Source: an uncultured virus (IMG/VR IMGVR_UViG_3300046367_000054)
Lineage: Duplodnaviria > Heunggongvirae > Uroviricota > Caudoviricetes > Crassvirales
Strand: one strand, 5' to 3'
Length of the DNA: 64,000 nucleotides
Virus record (IMG/VR): IMGVR_UViG_3300046367_000054
Shown here: positions 48,740 to 59,092 of the stretch, one piece after another
How the letters are laid out: each line of letters starts with the position of its first letter
Numbering within the stretch: the first letter of the stretch is position 1
Translations under genes and position numbers: made by a program
The notes under the pieces: generated by a model
Seen by the model: the letters and a program-made list of their open reading frames with translations, nothing else
Databases searched by the model: none
Told to the model about the DNA's origin: nothing

Positions 48740-49417
48740 TTATTTTGCGTCCTCTTGGTTTTCAAGTGCTATAGCAGCACCAACAATATCAGGCTCTCTC
48801 ATATTTAAACCAGCGTACTTTAATATTTTAGATATAATTTTAAACTTATCATCATACCCAATCTCTAAGTCTTGGAATCCTTGTTTAGAAGGATTAAATA
48901 TAGCGTTACCACCAATCATCTCGTAGGTCCAGTTTGGATCCTTAGGGTTTCTGAAGTATATTATTTGAACACCAGAAACAATCGTGTCTGGATATACTTT
49001 ATATTTATCTTCGTATTTTACGTATGCAGGATAGAATACACTAGGTCCAGCAACTTTATTAGTTAAGAAGTAAGATAGTTTTTCTCTAGGAACTTCTTCT
49101 ACCTCTTTACCATTGTAAATTATATTTATTGTAGTGTATAAGTTAGATGGACTGTTAAAAAATCCATTTGAAAACGTCATTGTAGTAGGAGCAACTATAA
49201 AAGCATCTATAGCTTCTTTTATTCTTGTTACAGTATCTTTATAGTTAACCCTTTGTGTTTTACCTACTATCGCTTTATTATACTCATAAAAATAATCATC
49301 AACAATCTCTTGCTGTGCCTGTTTAGCAAATGTGTTGAACTGCAAAGGAGTTATGTATCCACGGCTTTCTTTATTCAAAATAAAGTCAACTATGTTTCTT
49401 ACATCGTTAATCATCAT
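48740..49417 (-). CDS. Tail ring or adaptor protein
   Basis: LNKESRGYITP..FN.FA..AQ; Y.R.PKDP.W. Confidence 0.6.
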   Translation of the reverse strand: MMINDVRNIVDFILNKESRGYITPLQFNTFAKQAQQEIVDDYFYEYNKAIVGKTQRVNYKDTVTRIKEAIDAFIVAPTTMTFSNGFFNSPSNLYTTINIIYNGKEVEEVPREKLSYFLTNKVAGPSVFYPAYVKYEDKYKVYPDTIVSGVQIIYFRNPKDPNWTYEMIGGNAIFNPSKQGFQDLEIGYDDKFKIISKILKYAGLNMREPDIVGAAIALENQEDAK

Positions 49418-49507
49418 AATTAGTTATTTTGTGCAAAGTTAATAAAAAAAAAGCACCCCCTTTCGAGAGCGCTTTTATTATAATTGATCGTTATTTAACA
49501 CAATATA

Positions 49508-50284
49508 CTACAATTTGTTTGAAATATCAGACAATACATCCATACCTTCATCCGTCAAGAAGAAAGCCGCTAATGCTGAATAAGCATTCTCTCCAAATGG
49601 TACTGTGATAATTCTTCCTTTGTCTTTTCCACTCCAATTAACAGTTCTTCCATCAGAACTTACATTAATGATATCCATCTGTACAGCTCTAATTGCAATG
49701 TTTCTAAATTTAATAGAATCGTCATTAACTAAAGAATTAAACTCTGCTGGATTTCTACTAGCATAAATCAACATATCTCTTCTTAATTCAGAAGAAGTAA
49801 GCAATTCTACTTTACCCTTCAATACCACTCTAGCAATAGCCTCTAATTCCTCAATAGGCATTTCTCTAGCTGTAACCTGAGCATCAAGTTTAGCGGTTAA
49901 TTCATCATACTCTTCAGCTGCTTTTTCTTCAGCATCAAACTCATAATAAACATTGTTATTATCTGGATGATAGATAGATAAAAATTTCTGTAACTCTACT
50001 TGCTCTTTCTTTACAAACAAAGATCCGTTCTCAAAAATAATAGGCGTAGATACAGCATATCCATCTTGCTCATCAATAAATGGAGAAGTTTGATTATCAC
50101 TCCATCTTAAAGCACGATTAACCTTATACTCTTGATCAAAATATAAAAGGGTTTTGTTTGGTGAATGTTTAGAACGCAACATAAAAGAGATTGGGGTTGC
50201 ATTACCTTTTAAAAGATACATTCTATCTTTAAATTCAAATTCCTTTTGAGAAGGAACTTCTTTTTTTTGCACTTGCTTTGCCAT
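49508..50284 (-). CDS. Conserved protein downstream of the capsid gene
   Basis: 258 aa; preceded by a promoter box at 50312-50319. Confidence 0.6.
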   Translation of the reverse strand: MAKQVQKKEVPSQKEFEFKDRMYLLKGNATPISFMLRSKHSPNKTLLYFDQEYKVNRALRWSDNQTSPFIDEQDGYAVSTPIIFENGSLFVKKEQVELQKFLSIYHPDNNNVYYEFDAEEKAAEEYDELTAKLDAQVTAREMPIEELEAIARVVLKGKVELLTSSELRRDMLIYASRNPAEFNSLVNDDSIKFRNIAIRAVQMDIINVSSDGRTVNWSGKDKGRIITVPFGENAYSALAAFFLTDEGMDVLSDISNKL

Positions 50285-50418
50285 AATTAAATTATATTAA
50301 AATTAAAGATGCAAAAGTACAAAAAATATAAATTACAAAAAAACCGCTAAAAGACGAATCTAATAGCGGTTAAAAAAAATGAGAGTCTTTAAAACATTAC
50401 AGTACAAATATAAAACAA

Positions 50419-50443
50419 AAAGGGTAAACCGAAGTCTACCCTT
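50419..50443 (-). terminator. Terminator after the major capsid gene
   Basis: Minus strand AAGGGTAGAC-TTCG-GTTTACCCTT followed by a T-run. Confidence 0.7.
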
Positions 50444-50471
50444 AATGATATTAATAAAAACTTATTAACTA

Positions 50472-51839
50472 CTATTTCAACAACATGAAGTTGTTAGCAC
50501 CTAAAACAACTAAAGCTCTTTCAGATAAGAAGTTAACAGACATAGCATCGATGTCAGAGTTTGAAGCTCCTCCAGCAGATCCTACAATCCAAGATTTGTA
50601 TTTTCTATCTTCTGTTTCAGATTTTCTGTAACGAGTGTGTAAGAATGGACGTTTAGCATTTTTACCAAGAACTTGGTCGTAAACAGTCAATGTTCCAGCA
50701 GGAACCAATACACCATCGATGTCAGAGATAGAACCTCTAGTTGTAGCATCGTTCAAATATTTCCAGTCAGTTTTGTAGAAATCATAACCTAAGTTAAATC
50801 CTTTAAAACCAAGATTCAAAGCCATGTCTTGTTCGTTGTCAAACAATCCGTAAGAAGCTCCACTTGAACCGAAGTTATTTTGAGCAGCTAATACAGTGTC
50901 AATCTCGAAAGATGTTTTTCTGTTAACAAACAATACGTTTTCTTGAATAGCACCTTCTTTATCCAACACTTTGATAATGTTTTCTAAGTCAGTTCTATCA
51001 GTGATAGCACCTGTTCCAACGTTACCTCTGTTAGCGATTTCGTAGAACAAACCTTTAGTACCTTTGTAACCAGCAGCAGCTACAGCAGAACCAGCAGCAG
51101 CAGGCTCACCTTCAACCATTGACATTTCTAAGTAATCTTCGAAACGTAAACGAGTTTCATGCTCAGATTTCAAATACCATAAGTATCCGTCAGCACCATT
51201 TTCAGTTGTAACTTGAATCCAACCAACTTGAGCCATATCAGAACCATTAACCTCATACTTATCTTTGATGATAATTGGGTTAGTTTCTAAGATGTCAGAT
51301 TGAGCTTCCAAAGAACCAGCCATCCCGCCTGTTCCTTTTTTGAATTCAGAACCGTAAACAAATACTTTCAAAGCACCAGAAACAGTACTTAAAGCAGCTA
51401 AGTTAGCAGCGCTATAAGGAGCAACAGTAATTGTTACACCGTCAGCATCGATAGCAGTAACCAAAGCTTTAATAGTAACTCCGTTAGAAGTATCGCTAAT
51501 AACTACAGTTTGGTTTAAACGTACGTTATGAGCAGCACCAAAAGTAATAGTAGATGAAGTTGCTTTAGTAGCAGTTCCAAATACGTGAAGACGACCTTGC
51601 TCACTCCATTTGATCAAATCAGAAGTAGAAGGCATTTCAGCACCTACTAAACGTAAGAAAGATGCGATAGAACGATTTCCAAATCTTTCGAATTCTTTTT
51701 CGTAAAGGTCTGGTAATTCATGTGACAAAAAGTCAAATGTACCTACATAGTTAGTAGATAATGTAGCTTTAACTGGAGCTGGAGTTAATTGAGCTCCACC
51801 AGTAATAGCATTACTTGTAAAATTTACAGCTTGAGCCAT
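50472..51839 (-). CDS. Major capsid protein
   Basis: 455 aa after portal and scaffold; IKWSEQGRLH, GTKGLF; strong terminator downstream. Confidence 0.8.
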   Translation of the reverse strand: MAQAVNFTSNAITGGAQLTPAPVKATLSTNYVGTFDFLSHELPDLYEKEFERFGNRSIASFLRLVGAEMPSTSDLIKWSEQGRLHVFGTATKATSSTITFGAAHNVRLNQTVVISDTSNGVTIKALVTAIDADGVTITVAPYSAANLAALSTVSGALKVFVYGSEFKKGTGGMAGSLEAQSDILETNPIIIKDKYEVNGSDMAQVGWIQVTTENGADGYLWYLKSEHETRLRFEDYLEMSMVEGEPAAAGSAVAAAGYKGTKGLFYEIANRGNVGTGAITDRTDLENIIKVLDKEGAIQENVLFVNRKTSFEIDTVLAAQNNFGSSGASYGLFDNEQDMALNLGFKGFNLGYDFYKTDWKYLNDATTRGSISDIDGVLVPAGTLTVYDQVLGKNAKRPFLHTRYRKSETEDRKYKSWIVGSAGGASNSDIDAMSVNFLSERALVVLGANNFMLLK

Positions 51840-51861
51840 GTTTTGTGTTTGTGTTTAATTA

Positions 51862-52965
51862 TTATTTTCTTTTTCTAATTTTCATACCACCCTCAAAATC
51901 ATCGCTAGGAATCACTCTCATTTTAGGACCATCACCCTTTGGTGTCACATCCTTATTGTCTCTTACAGACATCTCAATGTTTTTTGCGTCTTTAATTACG
52001 TTTCCAGTTGCATCTGACTTGCCTTGTTCATAAAAGAACTTAGCGAAACCATCTGGGTCTCTAAACATAGCTAGAGCTTTGTGATACTGGTGTTCGTCTT
52101 TTAAATATCCATTCTCATCTAAATGCTTAGCGATAATACCGCTAATATCTGATTGAGCATTTTTAGTTTCTAGCACATCGCTAGGTTTGAAAACCTGTTT
52201 CTTATCTCCTAGATTAAATTCAAAACCTTTGAATTCACTATTAAATAATCTATCGGTTTTATCTAAAAATACACTAGACTTTTGTTGAGCAATCTCTGAT
52301 TCTTTCTTCGAGTTCTCGGTATATTCTTGATAGAAATTAAAAGCTTCTTTATAATCCTCTGGAACTTCAGCAGATCTAGACCCTAGATCAACCTTATATT
52401 GTTCCTTTAAATCATTTAAATAACTTTTAGCTCTAAACAATTCTTCTTTTAACGCAACCTTTTTCTTTTTGATATCTCTATCATCATCAATATCTTCATC
52501 GTAAGAATACTCTTCTTCTAATAAATAAGTAATGTCTTCATCATCTAGATGAGGTTTTGTTTGCTTGTAATATTCTTTTAGAATAGTAGCGTCATTCTCT
52601 GAGTTCCAATCCCTATTTATTTTAAGATAATTGTCAACACCAAATTCCATTAACTTCTTAATGTCTTCTGGTAACTCAGCCTTTTCTTTTTGTGTAAGAA
52701 CTTCGTCTAAAGAGTTATACTCTTTTTGATATCTTTCTTTTAAGTAGCTTAACACTCTAGCATCATCGATGTCTTGTGATTGAACATCTTCCACCTCTGT
52801 ATCTTCTACTTCTGTGTCTTCTACTTGCGTATCTTCTACTTGTGAATCATCATCAACTGTTTCTACAGTTTCTAAATCATTATCTACAACTTCTTCTTGG
52901 TTGCTAATAACTTGATTTTGCACTTCACCATCGTCATCTAAGACTTTAAAAGTAAATCCTTCCAT
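51862..52965 (-). CDS. Putative scaffolding protein
   Basis: Very acidic with VEDT repeats; FFYEQGKSDA; between portal and capsid. Confidence 0.65.
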   Translation of the reverse strand: MEGFTFKVLDDDGEVQNQVISNQEEVVDNDLETVETVDDDSQVEDTQVEDTEVEDTEVEDVQSQDIDDARVLSYLKERYQKEYNSLDEVLTQKEKAELPEDIKKLMEFGVDNYLKINRDWNSENDATILKEYYKQTKPHLDDEDITYLLEEEYSYDEDIDDDRDIKKKKVALKEELFRAKSYLNDLKEQYKVDLGSRSAEVPEDYKEAFNFYQEYTENSKKESEIAQQKSSVFLDKTDRLFNSEFKGFEFNLGDKKQVFKPSDVLETKNAQSDISGIIAKHLDENGYLKDEHQYHKALAMFRDPDGFAKFFYEQGKSDATGNVIKDAKNIEMSVRDNKDVTPKGDGPKMRVIPSDDFEGGMKIRKRK

Positions 52966-53008
52966 TATATTAAATATTAAATTAAATTTTTTGCAAAGTT
53001 ATGAATTT

Positions 53009-55432
53009 TTAAATAGTGTTGAATATATCATCAATATTACCAAAATCATCTTCTTCTTCAAAGTCTATAGCATCCTCATCTTTAGCTCTTTGTCTAATCA
53101 TTTTTGATTGTTGAGTTGCTTGTAACTTTGTTCTTTTATCTTTTCTATCCTCTCTCTCTTGTTCTTTCTGATTCAACATAGACATTTCGCTTTGTTTAAT
53201 CTCAGACTTCATTCCTTCTTGAAGCTTTATTAATTCAGCTTTCATTTCAAACTCCATTCTAAGCTTCTCCATTTCGTTTTGATGTTTCAATTGTTCTAAT
53301 TGAATATCAGATTGAGACTCTGCTTGAACCAACTGCATTTTAGATTGAGAAGTAGCTTCTGCTAACTGAGCTTGTGCTTGTGCCTGAGATTCGTAATTTT
53401 TCTTTTGATTCTCTTGGTCTCTCTCCTCTTTCTTTTTCTTTCTTACTTTTAATAATTGAGAAGCTATCTTTACATTTTTAACGTTTCTAATATCAATAGC
53501 ATCATCAATATCAATTTTACCAGCAGCTAGTGCAGCTTGTATGTTTTGATTAAGCATTTGAGTTTCTTCCTCATCTGGCATTAAATCAATATAAATACCA
53601 AAATTATATAAATGTAAATCTTTTATTTTCTCAATAACATCCATAGAACTTCCTCCAATCATATTTGCAAAGTCTTCCTTCATATCAGAATACTCTAATA
53701 CATCAGACATTCTATAGCAAATACACTCAGCAAGTCTTCTTGTTGTAAAAATACCACTTTGAAGAATATGTCTTGTGGCTGTATTTGAATTTAAAGCTGC
53801 TAATTTCTGAGTACCAACCAAACTATTTTCGTCTGGCATACTTCCATCTCTAGCCTCATTTAATCCAGTTACCGCTCTAATCATACCTAAGTATTGATTG
53901 TACATTCCTATAAGAGACTGTATCTTAGCATTAGCTCCCGAAGCGGTTAATTCTTGCACTGGTATTTTACCATTATTAAATTCACCATCTTCAGTCATGC
54001 TTCTACCGATAACACTACCAGTTTGGAAATATAAGTTTAAAGCCTCTTCTGGCGTGTAAGTCATACCGTTACCTAGGTTGATAGAATTTAATCCATCTAT
54101 ATCTAAGTAAACACCATCAGGTTTCATACTAGAAATTACTTGTTGTAATTTTAAGTGTGTTAATTGTATTTGATCAGCAAAAGGAATCATTCTTTTAACT
54201 AAAGAATCAATAGATCCTCTATACATTCTTGGAGCTGATAATACGTAAGGAGCATATACTTTTGATATAGAAGATTTTGGTCTAACCATATTCTTCATAA
54301 CCTCCCACTTAAGTATGTGGTTAGTACCCATTACCAATATACCTTCAAACCAAACATCTATTCTTTTAGATAATTTCTCAAATTGAGCTTCTCCAGTTTT
54401 AGGACCTTGGAATGAATCGTCTCTTTTAATTACTTTTTCACCACCATTACCGTTCTTTTTCTTTTTGTAAACGATATTCATATCTGTTTTAAAAGCAAAG
54501 AATAGCAACGTTGCGCTATTATTATTTAAGTTACCTCCAGTTGAATTTCCTCCTTGTATATTTTGGTATGAATCCCATTTTGAAGCTAGTTTTGATATCT
54601 CTTTAATATCTTCTTGACTTAAATTAGGATTTATTTTTTTTAATTCCGTTATATTTACATTCTTTACCTCTCCAAAATAATAGCAATCCTCAAACGTAGG
54701 ATCTTCTGTTGGAGACCAAACCATATTTGCTGGATCACAGTATTCTATCTTAATACCATTGTGAGTATCGAATGAATGTTTAGCAGCTGATATACCTAAA
54801 ACAGTTGCATCTTCATCTATTCTTCTTTTAATTAAATCATAGTTGTTTATTTTTAAAACATTATCAATAGCTTTTTCTTCAACAACCTCAACTTCATCTT
54901 TATAGAACTCCATGTGAAGATCTAATTCTTGTTTGTCAGCTGGCATGTTTTCTTCTGGTATTGGATACATATCTACACCAAGTAAATCCTTAGCATCCTT
55001 TAATATCTCTTTACCAACCATAGCTTTTTCTAGCTCAAATTTGTAAGCTCCTTTTTTCATAGAAGACATACTATCTATAGCCTCAGCTTTAACTTCGTAT
55101 TGTCTATTAGACATTCCATTAACAACAATATCTACAAACTTAGGTATAATTGGTACTGGAGTCCAGTCAACATTAAGATATGAAATATCACCATTGACAC
55201 TCATTTCTTTTTTATACTTTTGAACAGATTGCTCTCCTCTAGCGTATAATCTTAATTTGTGAAAGTGATCTCTATTTGTATAAAATCTAGAACCATTTAA
55301 AGAAGTTTTTCTAAACCACTCCCCTTGTATTGCATGTCCTACACTTCTACCATATTCTTCGCTCAACTTTTTATTGTCGTCAGCTAATTGATCTGGAAAG
55401 TATACGTTAGGTAATGAAAAGTCTTGACTCAT
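53009..55432 (-). CDS. Portal protein
   Basis: 807 aa after terL; LRLYARGEQ, PIIPKFVD, TGLNEARDG; C-terminal coiled coil. Confidence 0.8.
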   Translation of the reverse strand: MSQDFSLPNVYFPDQLADDNKKLSEEYGRSVGHAIQGEWFRKTSLNGSRFYTNRDHFHKLRLYARGEQSVQKYKKEMSVNGDISYLNVDWTPVPIIPKFVDIVVNGMSNRQYEVKAEAIDSMSSMKKGAYKFELEKAMVGKEILKDAKDLLGVDMYPIPEENMPADKQELDLHMEFYKDEVEVVEEKAIDNVLKINNYDLIKRRIDEDATVLGISAAKHSFDTHNGIKIEYCDPANMVWSPTEDPTFEDCYYFGEVKNVNITELKKINPNLSQEDIKEISKLASKWDSYQNIQGGNSTGGNLNNNSATLLFFAFKTDMNIVYKKKKNGNGGEKVIKRDDSFQGPKTGEAQFEKLSKRIDVWFEGILVMGTNHILKWEVMKNMVRPKSSISKVYAPYVLSAPRMYRGSIDSLVKRMIPFADQIQLTHLKLQQVISSMKPDGVYLDIDGLNSINLGNGMTYTPEEALNLYFQTGSVIGRSMTEDGEFNNGKIPVQELTASGANAKIQSLIGMYNQYLGMIRAVTGLNEARDGSMPDENSLVGTQKLAALNSNTATRHILQSGIFTTRRLAECICYRMSDVLEYSDMKEDFANMIGGSSMDVIEKIKDLHLYNFGIYIDLMPDEEETQMLNQNIQAALAAGKIDIDDAIDIRNVKNVKIASQLLKVRKKKKEERDQENQKKNYESQAQAQAQLAEATSQSKMQLVQAESQSDIQLEQLKHQNEMEKLRMEFEMKAELIKLQEGMKSEIKQSEMSMLNQKEQEREDRKDKRTKLQATQQSKMIRQRAKDEDAIDFEEEDDFGNIDDIFNTI

Positions 55433-55434
55433 AT

Positions 55435-57702
55435 TTATTTTAATAATTCGCTTTGTAATCCTTTATTGGAATATCTTGCAAAATTAAACAATATTTCTTT
55501 ATTATTTCTAATTGGCTTAACTACATAAGTTTGATTAGCCATAATCGCAAAACCACTACTAATAGAAGCATCAAATTTTGTTCTGTTAGAAATATCATAA
55601 TTAGCCCAATCAAGTAAAGTTCTATTGAAATACATATTACCAATTTTACCAGCTTCTCTAAACTGACCACTGTAATCGATTCCGACATATTGATCTATGT
55701 AAGCCTCAATCGCATTTGCGTGAAGCTCAATTACTTGCATAGACGAAGGTATACCTCCTAGCTCTTTCTCAGATTGACTCAAATCATTCTTGTGTTTATC
55801 TGGTCTTCTTAGACAGAACTTATCATATCCTCTATTATAAAAATACTTTAACTGACCAACCTTGTTGTTCTCAATTAATATAGGCATACTATAAAACACA
55901 CAAGCCATCAAACAATCTTCATAAAACTCTTCAGCAGTTCTAGGTCTTGCTATATATTCTAAGAAAAAGAAATTACTCGGTGCGTCCTCCATATTAAACT
56001 TTGTAAGACCATGTAATGAACCTTTAGATCCACCACCACCTACAACTCCAGATATATCATAAGTATCGCAACCGAAAGCTCCTATGTGTGCATTAGCAGG
56101 ATGTCTCCTACCATTCTTCATGTCTACAACATTCGTATTCTCTTTATTTGGAAACCAAGTTACTTTAAAGTTACCATCTCGATTTGGAGTCCATATAACC
56201 TCACTATCTTTAACACCGTTCTTCCAAGCAAATTTACCCGTGTTCACAATTTGGTTTATCTCTAATCCATCATTGTAGTCTATTTGCTCATATATCTTTG
56301 ACAAATCAAACAATGAGTTTTTAGCTTCATCTCTAAATGCATGACTCTCTGTTCTTGGGAATTGTCTATAGAATTCGTTTAAAGCGTCAGAATTGTTTTT
56401 TAAGGCACTAACTTCATTCTCCCAGTAGTCTATTACACCTGTGTAAATAAAGCCTCCCTGAATGTCTCTAATGGGCTTCTCAGGCGTTCTAAATACTGGT
56501 TGACCATATATGTCAATGTATCCTTCAAAATTCCACTCCATTGGGATAAATAAAGCATAAAGTCCACTAAGTGTCTGTCCATTTGCATTTCTCTTTGTAA
56601 CATCTGAATCGTTATATAAAGACTTGTAATTCCCCCCACCTTTTGCTATAGAGTTCGAAGTAGAACCCATCATACATTTACCAATGATTCTTCTACCTAA
56701 ACGTAAACATGTTTTAGTAACCCTCCAGTTATTTAAGATATTATTAGGAACCTCCCATTTACCACTCTCGTCATGAACTAGTCTTAATAATTTCTCCCCA
56801 TCATAACTGTTGTCTGCGGTATTCTTCCAGTCAATAGTAGTATCTAATCCATCAACATCATCCTTTAAAGACGACATATTATTCTTTGTAATTTTAGAAG
56901 CTGGTACACGATAAGCTAATTCTGTCTTTGGCTTATCCATACCATCCATAATTGGTTTAAAAAAGAATGGATAGTTACCAGAGATTGGAACAACTTTATC
57001 AGTAAACATTTTTTTGGCATCCGAACCTGTCTTAGATAGAATACCAATACGACTATCTCTTGCTAGAGTAGCTGTATTAACTAATTCTGCTGAAGACATA
57101 AATGAGAAACCAGAACGTCTATTCTTTAAATAGCACATTCCATAACTTCTTTCGTCAGCAACACATGCCTCCCAGAATAAAAAGAATACTCTGTTAGCCT
57201 CTCTAAATTCAGCGTGACCAACATCTATCTTAGTCCATTGTAGATACATGTAATGAGTACCAGTTACATAGCACGGAGTTCCGTTATTCATAAACCAGAA
57301 ACCTTCTTCTCGTCTATCAAACTCGTTCTCAATATAGTCTACGTATTTATTTTTAAACTCGTTTGGATATTCATTCCATTGAAATACAGATGTTATCTTC
57401 TGTAGTTCTTTTGGATATTCGAAAGCCTCCCAATACTGTTCCTCTTTCTTTCTATCTCTTTTATAAACACTTTTTGGTGTTGAAGGAAGTGCTATATGTA
57501 ATCCTTGAATTTCATATACCTCTCCAATAGTACCATCTTTAGATATAACAACAACATCGAACTCTGGATTGTATCCATACTTCCATTCTTTCTTCTTATT
57601 TAATCTATCAATGTCTTTAGATTGTATTTTGTTTACAATTCTAAAAATACTATTATCTTCCCTTACTTCGTTTTTCTGCAAAAGATTGGAATTTGATTTC
57701 AT
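55435..57702 (-). CDS. terL: Terminase large subunit
   Basis: LKNRRSGFS Walker A, VHDESGK Walker B, GCDTYD nuclease, IENN, FDASISSG; start uncertain. Confidence 0.9.
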   Translation of the reverse strand: MKSNSNLLQKNEVREDNSIFRIVNKIQSKDIDRLNKKKEWKYGYNPEFDVVVISKDGTIGEVYEIQGLHIALPSTPKSVYKRDRKKEEQYWEAFEYPKELQKITSVFQWNEYPNEFKNKYVDYIENEFDRREEGFWFMNNGTPCYVTGTHYMYLQWTKIDVGHAEFREANRVFFLFWEACVADERSYGMCYLKNRRSGFSFMSSAELVNTATLARDSRIGILSKTGSDAKKMFTDKVVPISGNYPFFFKPIMDGMDKPKTELAYRVPASKITKNNMSSLKDDVDGLDTTIDWKNTADNSYDGEKLLRLVHDESGKWEVPNNILNNWRVTKTCLRLGRRIIGKCMMGSTSNSIAKGGGNYKSLYNDSDVTKRNANGQTLSGLYALFIPMEWNFEGYIDIYGQPVFRTPEKPIRDIQGGFIYTGVIDYWENEVSALKNNSDALNEFYRQFPRTESHAFRDEAKNSLFDLSKIYEQIDYNDGLEINQIVNTGKFAWKNGVKDSEVIWTPNRDGNFKVTWFPNKENTNVVDMKNGRRHPANAHIGAFGCDTYDISGVVGGGGSKGSLHGLTKFNMEDAPSNFFFLEYIARPRTAEEFYEDCLMACVFYSMPILIENNKVGQLKYFYNRGYDKFCLRRPDKHKNDLSQSEKELGGIPSSMQVIELHANAIEAYIDQYVGIDYSGQFREAGKIGNMYFNRTLLDWANYDISNRTKFDASISSGFAIMANQTYVVKPIRNNKEILFNFARYSNKGLQSELLK

Positions 57703-57946
57703 CTACTTCTTCTTTATCTGTACCCTCAAGTATTTTTTGTTCGCTCTCTATCTTTGATAATATATAGAATGCGTCATCTAAAGCTGTTTTTTTAGCCAAC
57801 ACAGCGTTCCTCATTTTATCAGCTGACACATCATCTATGTTATCGTCAGATATAATTTCATCAGCCAATACTTTAACTAACTCGATTACAGACTTATAAG
57901 CAGCGTCTATAATCATTTGCTTTAATTCTTGATGGTTATACAACAT
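57653..57946 (-). CDS. Putative terminase small subunit
   Basis: Helical 97-aa ORF directly upstream of terL. Confidence 0.5.
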   Translation of the reverse strand: MLYNHQELKQMIIDAAYKSVIELVKVLADEIISDDNIDDVSADKMRNAVLAKKTALDDAFYILSKIESEQKILEGTDKEEVDEIKFQSFAEKRSKGR

Positions 57947-58517
57947 AATTATTTAATTCGATTACAACGTCTCTATCGTACATTCTGTACATTTTCAGAT
58001 CATCTATCTCAAACTCATACTCGCTATTCTTGGTGAAAGCCACCATATCTCCGCTATTTAAGTTTAAATTTTTTATTTGATTTTTACTAGGATAAACAAT
58101 TATCCCAACATGTTTCTCTTCTTTGTCTACTATGTGAAGACTTTCATTCTGTATAGTAGCAATTGGTTTTACAAAACAATAGTTTAAATGTGAGTTCCAT
58201 ATACCGTTTCTTTTGTATAAATAAATCCTTTCTGGACTTAGTATATACAAGTCATCTCTAAAAAACTCTGGAGATTTAGTTTGTCTACCCTTCATATCGT
58301 GATAAGTTCTAAATACATTGTGATGTATTACAACTACGTCACCAGGTTCTACATCTCCATTATAATGATGAGGTGTCTCTATTACTACAGCTAATCTATT
58401 AACATACTTAGCAGATTCTAGAGATGTGTTTATTATAACATCTTTTCCACCTATGTTTTTAGTATTGTTGTAATTATCCCCAAGAGGAGATACTATAAAG
58501 TTATATGGAGATCTCAT
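57936..58517 (-). CDS. Putative tandem GroES-like protein
   Basis: Two halves with GroES-like patterns (AVVIETP...VEPGDVVV; FVKP...GIIVY...GDMVAF...YEFEID). Confidence 0.5.
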   Translation of the reverse strand: MRSPYNFIVSPLGDNYNNTKNIGGKDVIINTSLESAKYVNRLAVVIETPHHYNGDVEPGDVVVIHHNVFRTYHDMKGRQTKSPEFFRDDLYILSPERIYLYKRNGIWNSHLNYCFVKPIATIQNESLHIVDKEEKHVGIIVYPSKNQIKNLNLNSGDMVAFTKNSEYEFEIDDLKMYRMYDRDVVIELNNYVV

Positions 58518-58732
58518 TAGAAATTGATATTAAATTCTAAAGCCATAGGAACATAATTGTTTATCTCTTTCCAACAAACAACTTCCTTGTCTTTTTCTAT
58601 CCAGATTAATATACCAGTCTCTGATCTTTGTATTGTGTGTATTACGTAATTACCAAACACAGTTTGACCAACAACATAATGCATAGAGTTTTTGTAGTCA
58701 TTCCCTATGCTGACTTTTCTTATTTCTTGCAT
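58517..58732 (-). CDS. Conserved hypothetical protein
   Basis: IRKVSIG.DYK..MHY.VGQ. Confidence 0.6.
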   Translation of the reverse strand: MQEIRKVSIGNDYKNSMHYVVGQTVFGNYVIHTIQRSETGILIWIEKDKEVVCWKEINNYVPMALEFNINF

Positions 58733-58774
58733 TGTATTAAATTTTAAAAGCCATCGGTTAGGATGGCTTGTTTT

Positions 58775-59053
58775 CTATTCTTCTGTAACCTCTTTAACGG
58801 TATAGACTCCAGTAGTCAAATCTATATCAATATCTCCGTATTGATCTTTTAAATCTGACTTAAGTTTTTGGAAGTCTTTGTCAAGCTCTGCGATTTGAGC
58901 TAATAAAGAAGATTTTTGAAACTCATATTGAAGAGTCATTCCTCCAACCATATCTCTGCCTTTAGCAAATGATTCTTCGAAGTTACGTAACTTTCCTAAT
59001 TGGTGTTCTGTGATACGATTTTCAACCATATCTGAAATTTTTTTGTCTTTCAT
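58775..59053 (-). CDS. Hypothetical coiled-coil protein
   Basis: YGDIDIDLTTG; promoter box at 59079-59086. Confidence 0.6.
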   Translation of the reverse strand: MKDKKISDMVENRITEHQLGKLRNFEESFAKGRDMVGGMTLQYEFQKSSLLAQIAELDKDFQKLKSDLKDQYGDIDIDLTTGVYTVKEVTEE

Positions 59054-59092
59054 GTGTTTATTTAATTAAATTAGTATGCAAATATAGTTATT

